Of a DNA stretch of 64,000 bases, positions 40,823-51,400 are shown in pieces. Origin of the DNA: a bacterium (GTDB lineage: Bacteria; Hinthialibacterota; Hinthialibacteria; Hinthialibacterales; Hinthialibacteraceae); the NCBI GenBank assembly GCA_963663405.2, contig CAXXSM010000132.1, positions 1 through 64,000 of the forward strand. Reading direction: 5' to 3'. How positions within the stretch are numbered: position 1 is the stretch's first letter; every line of letters begins with the position of its first letter. Both the position numbers and the translations under genes were made by a program. Under the pieces are notes generated by a model. It was not told the origin of the DNA and did no database searches. It was given only the letters and a program-made list of their open reading frames with translations.

Positions 40823-41983
40823 TCATTTCCTCTTGGCGCCGAAAGCGTACACAATCCCATCCTCCGCGCCGATGATGAGTTTTTCATCCGCGATCGCGGG
40901 CGAGCCGGGAATCCCCGCGCCGATTTCGTATTCCCACCGTAACGCTCCATCCGCCAATCCGAGGCGATACAATCGGCCATCGCTCGATCCAACCAGGACA
41001 TCATCGCCGCATAAGACGGGGGATGAATCCACTTCCCCCTTGGTCCGGAATACCCAGATTCGTTTCCCTGTTTTTTTGTTGACGCAATGGACACGGCTGT
41101 CTCTCGCACCGAAAACAACGTAGTCATTCCCCACAGCAGGGGAGGAGAAATAGGGAAACTCACGATCCTTGTATTCCCATACGATTTCTTGGTTAGGTAT
41201 ATCTACACAGAGAAACTGGTTCGCATAATGACCGATGTACGCCCGTTTTCCTTCAAACGCGATCGACGCGGCGATATACGCGCCAACGTCGAAAACGGAA
41301 ATTTGTTTCCCATCCTCCAGAGATACACAGTGGATCATCGCGTCACAACCGCCAAAGACCGCCTGGTTGTTGGATATGGCAGGGGAACCATTGATGTAAT
41401 TTTCGGATTCATACCGCCATCGTTCCTTTCCTGTTGGCGAATCCAGCGCGTATAAATATCCATCGTAGCTGCCGAAAACGATCAGTGGCTCCTTTTCCCC
41501 TTCTAATACAGCCCAATTGGCTGAACCGAGAATTTGATCGGAGGTTTCGAATTTCCAACGTTGCGCGCCGCCGCTTGCGCTAAGGGAATAGAGAAATCCA
41601 TCCGTTGAACCGATATACACCGAATCATTTAACACCATCGGCGGCGCTTCAATCGAGCCTTCGGTTTTAAACGCCCAGACTCGGGCGCCACTTCCCAAAT
41701 CGAGCGCGTAAACAAATCCATCTCCAGAACCAATAAATACCGTTCCATCCGCAATGACAGCCGAAGAAATAATCGGGCCGCCGGTTTTGTATTGCCAAAG
41801 GAGATCCAATTCTGTAGGAAGCGAACCGGCGCATACGCCCAATTGGCGCTGCCCGCCCCGGAACATCGGCCAGTTGGCGGAGGGGGATTTTTCCTCTGCC
41901 ACACCCATGAGGCTATGAAGGACTAGGACGAAACACAAGAATGAATTCTTGATTAAAGCGTTTATTCGTTTTTTCATCAGCAT
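40823..41983 (-). CDS. PQQ-binding-like beta-propeller repeat protein
   Basis: Signal peptide, WPMFRG, repeated SSP..-GSxDG.LYAL...G...W blades; AAGGAG RBS before 41983. Confidence 0.85.
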   Translation of the reverse strand: MLMKKRINALIKNSFLCFVLVLHSLMGVAEEKSPSANWPMFRGGQRQLGVCAGSLPTELDLLWQYKTGGPIISSAVIADGTVFIGSGDGFVYALDLGSGARVWAFKTEGSIEAPPMVLNDSVYIGSTDGFLYSLSASGGAQRWKFETSDQILGSANWAVLEGEKEPLIVFGSYDGYLYALDSPTGKERWRYESENYINGSPAISNNQAVFGGCDAMIHCVSLEDGKQISVFDVGAYIAASIAFEGKRAYIGHYANQFLCVDIPNQEIVWEYKDREFPYFSSPAVGNDYVVFGARDSRVHCVNKKTGKRIWVFRTKGEVDSSPVLCGDDVLVGSSDGRLYRLGLADGALRWEYEIGAGIPGSPAIADEKLIIGAEDGIVYAFGAKRK

Positions 41984-42199
41984 TAAGGTTTTCGCTCCTT
42001 TGTATCCTGCTGAAACAAAAACTTGTTTAATAGTATACCTTCGCTTGCTCCAATTTTCTGAAAAGATCATTGAATTCTTCTTTCCAAATTCAGTTCTTCT
42101 ATTAACCCTCGCTTTCGAAGCGTGACTCATGTATGCTTACAAACGTATAAACAAAACCATTCTCATTGTGTAGTATTTTTCCACAAGACTCATATCGAT

Positions 42200-45100
42200 A
42201 TGGAAACGAAAATGATTAAGACGAAACCTTTCCTATACGCCCGCGCCACCTGGATCGTAGCCTGGTTTGCGTTCGCAATCTGTTTCATGGGATACTCGAA
42301 CGCATGCGCCAAAGACCTAGGTGAAGAGATCTGGAACGCGTTTTTTAAAACAGGGAATATCGACAACGCGCTGGCCGCGTTTAAAGAAGCTGCCGCAGAG
42401 GATGAATCCGACGCGTTGGCCCACGCTGGAATCGGTCTTCTCGCGTCCAGCCGTGTTTCTGAATCCGATCGATTTGTCCATCTGCTCGACGCCTTGGAAG
42501 CGGGACTGTCGAAGTCCGAAGCGGCGTTCTACCTCTACGAAGCGGCGGATGCCTTATCCGATCGTCCGGATTTTGAAACGGCGCTTGAACGCCTGGATAC
42601 AATCCTAAAGGACAATAACCCCGCCGAACATATCCACGACGCCATTCTCTTTGTCCGCGCGCGGTGTCTCCAGCGCCTGAGCCGGTGGGAAGAGGCGGAA
42701 AAGGCGTTCTCTCAACTTGGATTTATCACCCGTTTCTGGTATTGCGGCCCCTTTGACAACGCCGAAAAAAGCGGTCACAAAAAAATATTCGAACCCGAAA
42801 AAAAACTCGATCTTCAAGCGAAATACAAGGGGCGGCGCCAGACCGTCACGTGGCGTCCAGTCCCGATCGATCCCTATAACGGCTACATCGAGTTACACGC
42901 CCTTGTAACTCCGAGTCTCGAATCCACAACCTATTTAGCGGCGTCGATCCAATCAAAGGAATCACAGCGGTGCAGAATCCAACTCGGTCACGCCGGCGCG
43001 TTGAAAGTGTGGTTGAATGGCGATTGGATCGCCGATGTGGATCGCTATCATGAACCGGTTCCCGATCAAGTGATTCTAGATGCCCGCCTGCAAGAAGGAA
43101 ACAACACACTCTTAATCAAAATCTCGGCCGATGAAGGAGGAAAATACGGTCTTTTTACCCGTATCCTGCCAGATAAAGAAGGGACAATCGAAATCGTCGA
43201 TCCCCGCGCCATTGAATCCCTTCCCGATCTGACCGCCCACACGCCAAAGCCGGATCAAACCGAAACATCCAATCCCGATTTCGAACCCATCCCCCTCCGT
43301 CAACTGCGGGCGCTGGGAGAAGCGCCCGGCTCGAAACCGGTCCTGCATCTCTTTTATACGCTCTTGCTCCAGCGTATGGAGGTTGCGGATGATAACGACC
43401 ACAGCGCGAACACGATGCTGTCACAACTCAACCGCATGCTTCCTGATAATCCATTTCTTCTGCGTTTGCTTGGGGAGTCGGAAAAAGACGATAACCGCCG
43501 GCGCCTCGCGTTTGCCAAGGCTCTTGAGAAAGATCCTAACGATCTCGCCAGTTTCGTTCATCTGTTAACCTACTATCAACATTCTCCCTACGCCACTAAA
43601 GGATTTGAATTAATTCGTGAATGGGAGAAGAACAACGAGACGCCTGTCTCCGTCCGGATGCAGGAAGCCCAGATGCTGAAAGATGAAGGATTGAGTGAGG
43701 CGGCGATCCAGATCCTCCATGCGCGGTTGGATGATCTGAGCATGGACGAAAAAAAGTTCCTTCATGAAAGCCAACAATCGTTCATGACGGACCAGGAGAA
43801 AATGAAATGGCTTCGCGAAGCGTTGAAAGAGGAGCCTTATCAATCATCACTAGTCTATCATTTAATCGAGTTAGACCTCCGACACGGTCTGGATGAAGAA
43901 CTGCCATCGTTACTCGAACACGAGCGGCGGATCGATCCATTTTCAAACGCCGGCTTATACCAGTCCGCGCTGAACCATTTAGGAAAAGGCGATTATCAAA
44001 CCGCCCTGCAGTATTTAAATAAAATTCTCGCCATGAATCCAAGCGAGTTCGAAGCGCGCCGCAACGCCGCAATCGCATATCACGGTTTAGGAAACGATGC
44101 GGAGGCGGTCGCGTCAATTCAAGCCGCGTTGACTGTCCAGCCGTCCCATCCCTGGTGCCAGGATTACTTGGAGTTTTTACAGCCGAAAGAAGAGAACTAC
44201 GCGGCGCCGTATTTAAAAGATTGGCGGGAAATTGAAATTCCCGAAACACTCGATCTTTCGAAAGCCAACTATGTGACGCTGCTCGATCAGAGAATCGTGA
44301 AAGCGCACAAAAACGGCAATTCGAGCGAAACTGTCCAGACGGTCTGCAAAGTGCTGACGGATACCGGCGTCCGTTTCAAGCAAGTGGATGGTGTCTATTA
44401 CGAAGGCGATTCGGAAGAAGTGCGCATCCTCCGCGCGCGGGTATGGAAACCCGATGGCTCCTACTTTGACGCTCCCGCGCCAGAACACCGCAACGCGTCT
44501 TCCGGTGGCGGCGGCTCTGAACGGGTATATGAAGACTATAATGTCGCAATCATACGTTTCCCCGCCCTCGAAAAAGGATCGGTCGTAGAATTGGCGTATG
44601 AGAAAAAACAGAAAAAAGAGAATATTTACGCGGACTATTTTGGCGACCAGTTTTACGCGGGCGACCAATATTTCGAACCATCCGTCCTCTCCGAATATGT
44701 CTTGATCACACCTAAATCCCGCGATTTTTACTGGAAGTTCATCGAAGCTAATTATCCCGAATCCGTGTCCATGGACCATGTCTCGATCCCTCAAGAACCC
44801 ACAATCCATGAAACGGGGAATGAGCGCGTCTACTCGTGGACCTTCAGCCACCTGCCACGGCTTCCCCGCGAACCGCAAATGCCTCCTCCTTCGGAAACAC
44901 TGCCCTACTTGAAAGTTTCCACCTTCAAGACCTGGTCGGATATGACAAAATGGTATTGGAACCTGATCCGCGAGCAGATCCAACCGGGAACCGTCGTTAA
45001 ACAGCAACTCAAACGTGTTTTAACCGAGTATCGACTCAAACAGGGATACAGTGTGGAACATCCCTTAAGCGAGTGGGACATCGTGCAGGCGGTCAACGCT

Positions 45101-46135
45101 TTTATTAATACTGAAATCCGCTATCTCGGCCTCGAGTTCGGTATTTACGGATACAAACCCCGCAAAGTGGATGAAATCTGCAACGCCCGCTACGGCGATT
45201 GCAAAGACAAAGCGTCGCTGGCTGTTTCTATGTTGAACGAGGCCGGTGTAGACGCCAATATTGTGGTTCTTCGCACACGGAATCGGGGTGAGATCGATTA
45301 CGAACTTCCTATGCTGGGTATATTCAATCACGCCATCTATTTCGTTCCAGGCGTGGGTAGTGATGGACGTTGGATCGATGGCACAGCCACCTTCTTCAGC
45401 GCGAAAGAACTGCCCTCGATGGATGCGGGAGCGAACAGCTTGATTGTCAAACCGGGTGGGGAATATGAATTTAGACGCATCCCCCATACAGAAGCGAAAG
45501 ACAATGGTCTCATCACCACGTCGGAATTTACGCTGAATGAATCGGGCGCCGCAACGGGCTACCGGACGACGGACTACATCGGTTTATATAATCCCAATAT
45601 CCGCCGCACTCTCGAAAATCCGGCTAAAGCCAAAGAACTCATTGAGCAGACTCTAGTCAGTCACTATCCCGGCGCGGAGGTCCATCAATTCGATATTTCG
45701 GATATGGAAGATTATTCCATCCCTGTCACGCTTTCCAACCGGTTTCGTATTCCTCAATTCGGCGTGAAAGAAGCGGAACGGCTCGTGATTCCCTCTACGT
45801 TGTTCAAAGAAGAACTCTCCCTGACATACGCGCAGCTCTCGGAACGGGAATATGACATGATTCTGAATTTCCCCGAAATGCAAAAAAATATCACCACACT
45901 GACACTCCCCGCAACCTATACTCAAGTCAAAACGCCGCCCGACCGGGATCTCACCAGTCCATTTGGACACTATACGCGCAAATCCGAATGGAAAGACGGC
46001 CACGTCACAATTAATGAAGCTATCCTGTTCGAACCGGTCCGCGTTCCCAAAGATCAATACCAGGAATTCCGCGAATTCTGCCGACTCGTCGACCACTACC
46101 AAGATGAAAAAATCTACGCCAGTCCGGAATCATGA
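42200..46135 (+). CDS. Large secreted TPR + DUF3857 + transglutaminase-like protein, triad intact
   Basis: Signal peptide; WYCGPFDN sandwich domain; TPR helices; IRYLGLEFG, YGDCKDK, FNHAI, WIDGT; start 42200 or 42212. Confidence 0.85.
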   Translation: METKMIKTKPFLYARATWIVAWFAFAICFMGYSNACAKDLGEEIWNAFFKTGNIDNALAAFKEAAAEDESDALAHAGIGLLASSRVSESDRFVHLLDALEAGLSKSEAAFYLYEAADALSDRPDFETALERLDTILKDNNPAEHIHDAILFVRARCLQRLSRWEEAEKAFSQLGFITRFWYCGPFDNAEKSGHKKIFEPEKKLDLQAKYKGRRQTVTWRPVPIDPYNGYIELHALVTPSLESTTYLAASIQSKESQRCRIQLGHAGALKVWLNGDWIADVDRYHEPVPDQVILDARLQEGNNTLLIKISADEGGKYGLFTRILPDKEGTIEIVDPRAIESLPDLTAHTPKPDQTETSNPDFEPIPLRQLRALGEAPGSKPVLHLFYTLLLQRMEVADDNDHSANTMLSQLNRMLPDNPFLLRLLGESEKDDNRRRLAFAKALEKDPNDLASFVHLLTYYQHSPYATKGFELIREWEKNNETPVSVRMQEAQMLKDEGLSEAAIQILHARLDDLSMDEKKFLHESQQSFMTDQEKMKWLREALKEEPYQSSLVYHLIELDLRHGLDEELPSLLEHERRIDPFSNAGLYQSALNHLGKGDYQTALQYLNKILAMNPSEFEARRNAAIAYHGLGNDAEAVASIQAALTVQPSHPWCQDYLEFLQPKEENYAAPYLKDWREIEIPETLDLSKANYVTLLDQRIVKAHKNGNSSETVQTVCKVLTDTGVRFKQVDGVYYEGDSEEVRILRARVWKPDGSYFDAPAPEHRNASSGGGGSERVYEDYNVAIIRFPALEKGSVVELAYEKKQKKENIYADYFGDQFYAGDQYFEPSVLSEYVLITPKSRDFYWKFIEANYPESVSMDHVSIPQEPTIHETGNERVYSWTFSHLPRLPREPQMPPPSETLPYLKVSTFKTWSDMTKWYWNLIREQIQPGTVVKQQLKRVLTEYRLKQGYSVEHPLSEWDIVQAVNAFINTEIRYLGLEFGIYGYKPRKVDEICNARYGDCKDKASLAVSMLNEAGVDANIVVLRTRNRGEIDYELPMLGIFNHAIYFVPGVGSDGRWIDGTATFFSAKELPSMDAGANSLIVKPGGEYEFRRIPHTEAKDNGLITTSEFTLNESGAATGYRTTDYIGLYNPNIRRTLENPAKAKELIEQTLVSHYPGAEVHQFDISDMEDYSIPVTLSNRFRIPQFGVKEAERLVIPSTLFKEELSLTYAQLSEREYDMILNFPEMQKNITTLTLPATYTQVKTPPDRDLTSPFGHYTRKSEWKDGHVTINEAILFEPVRVPKDQYQEFREFCRLVDHYQDEKIYASPES

Positions 46136-46165
46136 ATAGATAAACAAACTCAGAAGTAAAACAAA

Positions 46166-47482
46166 ATGAGCACAATTATAAATAACCAATATTTTTTGTT
46201 TGATCTTGATCTTCCACCAGTTCAAGAGAACAAGCGCCGTGCTCGAACAGGCGCATTTACGGATAATATGAAGCTTCCCATTCACCGGTGGTTTCGATAT
46301 TCCGCAGGATTCTCGGCGGAGTGGGTTGAGAAAATGTTGACAAGTGAGATGTTGCAAAATGAAACCGTATTTTTTGATCCATTTGCTGGATCCGGCACAT
46401 CTCTACTTGTCGTTGAAAAACTTGGATTGAAGGGATTTGGGCTCGAAACTCATCCCTTTGTGCTCCGAATCGCAAAAATAAAATTATCTTGGAACGCTAA
46501 CCAACATAAATTTCTAACCGCAATTTCAGACTTGATCGAAAAGGCGCAGAAGATTGAAAAGGATATCTCTCCAAGTGATGTTCCTCTTCTTTACAAGTGT
46601 TTTACACGAGACACATTTCAACGCCTTGAAGCGTTACGTTTGTCTTTCCAAGATTCATTTTCTCCTGGAGAGACTATAGCCGATTTAGTATGGTTAGCGC
46701 TCACAAGCATTTTGAGAGATTGTAGTGGAGTAGGAACGGCGCAATGGCAATATATTTTACCCAACAAAAGTAAAAGCCGGGTCCTAGAACCATTTTCCGC
46801 ATTGATGAACAAAGCCTATCTCATGGTTCATGATATGCAGTATGCAATGGATAACGGATTTCAAAAAACCGCGTTAATAATCAATGATGATGCCCGATTC
46901 ATTTCGACTGTTGATAATCAATCCATTGATATTGTGATCACTTCCCCTCCTTATCCGAATAATTACGATTATGCGGACGCAACCCGGTTGGAAATGACTT
47001 TTTGGCGCGATATCACGTCTTGGGGAGATATACATGAGGCCGTACGAAAGTATCTTATCCGTTCTTGTTCTCAACATTCGGCAAAGGACCGATTGTGTTT
47101 AGATGACTTGCTGGATGATCCTGCCATTGAACCGATTCGTGATGAATTGTCTGAAGTGTGTAAAACTCTTGAAACAATTCGGCATGAAAAAGGTGGGAAA
47201 AAAACGTATCATACAATGATCGCCGCGTATTTCATTGATCTGGCGCATACCTGGATTTCCTTAAGACGTCTTTGCAAGGATAATTCAAAACTCTGTTTTG
47301 TTATTGGGGATTCCGCTCCTTATGGTGTGTATATACCTGTAGATGAATGGTTAGGGAAATTAGCTCTGTCGGTTGGATTCAAACATTATAAATTTGAAAA
47401 AATCCGCGATCGAAACATTAAATGGAAAAATAGAAAACATAGAATTCCTTTGAAAGAGGGAAATCTGTGGGTGAGTGGATGA
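46166..47482 (+). CDS. Amino-DNA methyltransferase, alpha-class motif order, probably N4-cytosine
   Basis: Motif I FDPFAGSGTS precedes motif IV ITSPPY; SPPY is typical of m4C enzymes; AT-richer than flanks. Confidence 0.88.
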   Translation: MSTIINNQYFLFDLDLPPVQENKRRARTGAFTDNMKLPIHRWFRYSAGFSAEWVEKMLTSEMLQNETVFFDPFAGSGTSLLVVEKLGLKGFGLETHPFVLRIAKIKLSWNANQHKFLTAISDLIEKAQKIEKDISPSDVPLLYKCFTRDTFQRLEALRLSFQDSFSPGETIADLVWLALTSILRDCSGVGTAQWQYILPNKSKSRVLEPFSALMNKAYLMVHDMQYAMDNGFQKTALIINDDARFISTVDNQSIDIVITSPPYPNNYDYADATRLEMTFWRDITSWGDIHEAVRKYLIRSCSQHSAKDRLCLDDLLDDPAIEPIRDELSEVCKTLETIRHEKGGKKTYHTMIAAYFIDLAHTWISLRRLCKDNSKLCFVIGDSAPYGVYIPVDEWLGKLALSVGFKHYKFEKIRDRNIKWKNRKHRIPLKEGNLWVSG

Positions 47483-47485
47483 TCG

Positions 47486-48352
47486 ATGGCAGAATCATCG
47501 CCGCATAAGTTTGGCCAAATTATAGGAAATCTAATGGAAGAAATTACATTTCCTTTTTTAAGGGATTTTTGCCAACAACGTGGTCTATATTTAGATCGAC
47601 AAGGGTATCGAGGGAAAGCGCGTAATGGAAGGAAAGTGTGCTGGAAAGATCAATATGGTAATTCACACGATCTCGATTTTGTCATCGAGCAAGGAGGAAC
47701 CTCCGATAAGATAGGCCGTCCAATCGCCTTTATTGAAGTTGCTTGGAGACGTTATACCAAACACTCAAAAAATAAGGCTCAGGAAATTCAAGGCGCAGTA
47801 TTACCAATCGCTGAAACGTATCAATCTGATCGGCCTTTCTTGGGAGTGATTCTTGCGGGGGAGTTTACGCAACCTTCTTTAGAACAACTTCGCTCTGTAG
47901 GATTCGAGGTTTTATATTTTCCATACAAAACGATCACCAGCGCATTCTCTCATATAGGGATCAACGCCGAATTCAATGAGAGCACATTGGATAGTGAATT
48001 TACTGAATGTGTCAATGAGATTATACAATTATCATGCGCTGGAAGGACGAAAATAAAACAATTTCTGGTCAATCAAAATAAAGAAAATATTGAGAATTTC
48101 TTTTTTAAATTGGAGCAAACCCTCGACCGCCGGATTGACTCTATCATGATCGTTCCTCTTTATGGAGATGAACGTCAATTTCCTACAATACATGAAGCCC
48201 TTCATTTTCTGGAAACGTACGAGAAAAATCATGATGGGCAATTTCGCAAGTTTGAAATCCTAGTGAAATACACAAATGGAGATTCTATTAATGGGAATTT
48301 TCAAACAAAAAATAAAGCCAGAGAATTTCTTGATTATATCTTTCATTCGTAG
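47486..48352 (+). CDS. Putative type II restriction endonuclease (PD-(D/E)xK-like)
   Basis: 3 bp after the MTase; G..ME helix, HDLDFVIE, AFIEVAWRRYTKHSKNK; AT-rich. Confidence 0.6.
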   Translation: MAESSPHKFGQIIGNLMEEITFPFLRDFCQQRGLYLDRQGYRGKARNGRKVCWKDQYGNSHDLDFVIEQGGTSDKIGRPIAFIEVAWRRYTKHSKNKAQEIQGAVLPIAETYQSDRPFLGVILAGEFTQPSLEQLRSVGFEVLYFPYKTITSAFSHIGINAEFNESTLDSEFTECVNEIIQLSCAGRTKIKQFLVNQNKENIENFFFKLEQTLDRRIDSIMIVPLYGDERQFPTIHEALHFLETYEKNHDGQFRKFEILVKYTNGDSINGNFQTKNKAREFLDYIFHS

Positions 48353-48410
48353 AATGTATCGTTTCGTAATGATGCGCAAATTAACCAGTAATAATGAAGG
48401 ACATAAAACC

Positions 48411-51400
48411 ATGACTATACGTCTCTCAAAATCAATTTTTTTCTATAGCGTTTTTGTATTCACGGCGATGGGCTCTTTGGCGTTCGCGGATCTGGATAAG
48501 GGGTGGGACGCGTTGTTCGAAAATCATTATGAGGAGGCGCGAACGGCGTTTCAGGAGACTCTCCCAATTGATGAGGAACGCGCCCTGCAGGGATTGGCCC
48601 TGCTCGCCTGGGCCCAGGGAGACACTCCCGAACTCGCCCGGATTCTCTCCCGCTTGACCGTCTCCTATCCGGACAGTCCCTATACCCCATGTTACTTTGG
48701 CATCTGGGGATCCTCCGATCTGCAGGGGTGGGAACCGGCGAAACGGATCGACGCGTTGAAACAGGCGATGGAAAAAGAACTCCCAGCGCCTATCCGTCAA
48801 CGTCTCGCCTACCACCTCTCGGACATGCTGGCCATGATGCTCGATCCCTCATGCGGCGCCTATGCCAAGGAAGCCGGTGTGTTGACGAGTCAATGGTACA
48901 TCGTGGGCCCGTTCGGACAGTATGGCGCCGCGGATTTCTTCCGACCCTTCGGTCCGGAAACCGGTGTCCGGCGAACCTATTCCGGTTTTGGAAAAGAAGT
49001 GGAGCTTCACCCCGTCACACCTGTCAGCCCCACGGGGATTATTGAAATGGATGGTTTAATCTATCCCCAGACGGGTGTCTCCTACGCCTTGAACGTGATC
49101 GAAAGCCAGAGTGAAGGGGAAGCGGTTCTAACCGTTCATTCCTCGGCGGATTATCGTATCTGGTGGGATGGAAAGCCGGTGTTGGAACGAACCCACATGA
49201 AACTCCAAACCGCGAAAACTCTCTCTGTTCGCGTCCCTGTCCGAAAAGGCAAAATCCTTCTCACAGTGAAATGCCAACAGGATGATACTGGTTGGTTTAA
49301 GATCAAATTGCAAAATACAGCGGATTCAAACCTGAACATAACAAGCGTTCCCTTCGATCCGAGTGAATTCGCCGATCTCTATCACCAGCCTTTCGAGACG
49401 CTATCCCCTCTAGTGGAGTCCGCTGAGAAAATGGTGTCAACCTATCCGTTTGTTCTACCAGAGGCGGAATACGCGAACCAAGACATTATCAATGAAATCT
49501 TTTTAACCTGTTGGTACGCGAACCGGAACGAGTTTGACACAGCGAAGTCCCATTTACTAAACACCATAAAGAAAACCCCATCGTTTGCGTTCCTCCAAGC
49601 GATTTATGGTGACTTATCCCTACTCCACGCGTCCAATCGGCCCGGTTCACGTTCGCGTTTTCAACAAGAAGGAGAAACCGCCTTCAACCGGGCGTTGGAA
49701 TTGGATCCACACTGTAAAAAAGCGCTGGTCGGTTTGGTGACGTATTACCTCGAACGAAGACAGATCGACAGCGCCCGCGAAATCTTGAAAACACAGGAAG
49801 AAGAAAATCCGGAACTGTTCACGAAAGGCTATACGGGCCTTCTACAATACGCCCAGGCGCTCCTCTCCGAACATAAGGGATTCCGGACAGACGCCACACG
49901 CCAATTCGAAACTCTGTTGACTGGATGGATTCCTTCCAAAGAAGTCTACCGGCGTTTGTTTGACTATTACGAAAGCAACAACAATACGATCAAAGCCGCG
50001 CAAATCATCTCCCAGGCGTTGAATTACTTTCCCGCCTATCTCCCCTTCCTCGATCGCGCCAGCCGTCTCGACGCCGGTACACCCGGCGCGCCCGATGCGG
50101 TGGCGTGGCTGAAAAAAGCAGTGGCGCTGCATCCTTACGCCCCTCGGTATGTCTATGTTCTAGGGAACGCGCTGGAAAGGCGGGGACAGTTAGAGGACGC
50201 GAAAGCCCTTTACACCGATTTAAAAGACCGGTTCCCCGGTCAACCGCAGCCAATTGAACGGCTCGCCTCGCTGGCGCTGGCCCAATCGGACCAGGAAACC
50301 GCGATGGAAGCCTACCGCGCTTTGTACGAAACAACGCCGCGATGGATGACTCCATTTCGCGCCTTGCGGGACATCGCGGGAGAGAACGATTTTCCCTACC
50401 AGAAGTACGATTCTCAATTAGAAGATATTGAGATTGAGAAAGCGGATAAGTGGAATAATTCACGCGCCTCTTCCATCTTCCTGCTGGATATCATGGTGTT
50501 GGATTTACACGAAGACGGCACATATGACCAATACATCCATCAAGCGATTAAAATCCTTAACCAGGAAGGAATCCGGCAATGGGCGGAGATTGATATCCCC
50601 GCGGGTGGACATGTGGAATTGATCAAAGCCCGTACCATTGAACCGGATGGAACGGAATGGGCGGTTTCCAACGTGCAACGTCATAACGGACAGCAGTCAC
50701 TCTCCATGTACGGCGTCAAAGAAGGATCGATTGTTGAATTCGCGTACTTGGAGCGGACGGGCAATTCCAGTCCAGGAATCAACTATTATGCGGGAGGATA
50801 TTTTTTCGGTACGGATAACGATCCTATGGTTCTCTCGAAATTGACCCTCATCCGGCCCGATTCAATCGCCTTCCATCTGGACAGCAATCCCAACGATTTC
50901 GCGCCGAAGATCACTCGTGATAAAAACCGGACCGTCTACACATGGGAACAATGGATGCAGGATGGACTCAAACCCGAAGCCTTTGCGCCTCCCCTGTCGG
51001 AACGCGTCCCATCCATTCAATGGACTACTTGTCCGGATTGGTTGCCTTTTGTCGAACGGACGCGCATGTCCATAACAGAATATGAAGAAGAAACGCAGGC
51101 GATTGATGATTTGATTGCGGAATTGAAACAAGGCGTGGCGTCAAAACTCGATCTCGTTCGATCCATCTACGATTGGGTTCGCGAATCGATTGAAGACGGC
51201 GGAGGCGGCGCGACGACGGCGGATACGATCGCCCTGCAGGCGGGAGGGGAATATCAACGCATGCGTCTCGCGCATCAGCTGCTGCGGAAAGGTGGTGTTG
51301 AATCGCATCTCGCCGCCGCTTTGGAGAACAACGAATACGACGGTTTCCGCCCATTGCCCTTCCCGAATTACCCAGCCGAATCGTTATTGATTGCGCCGGT

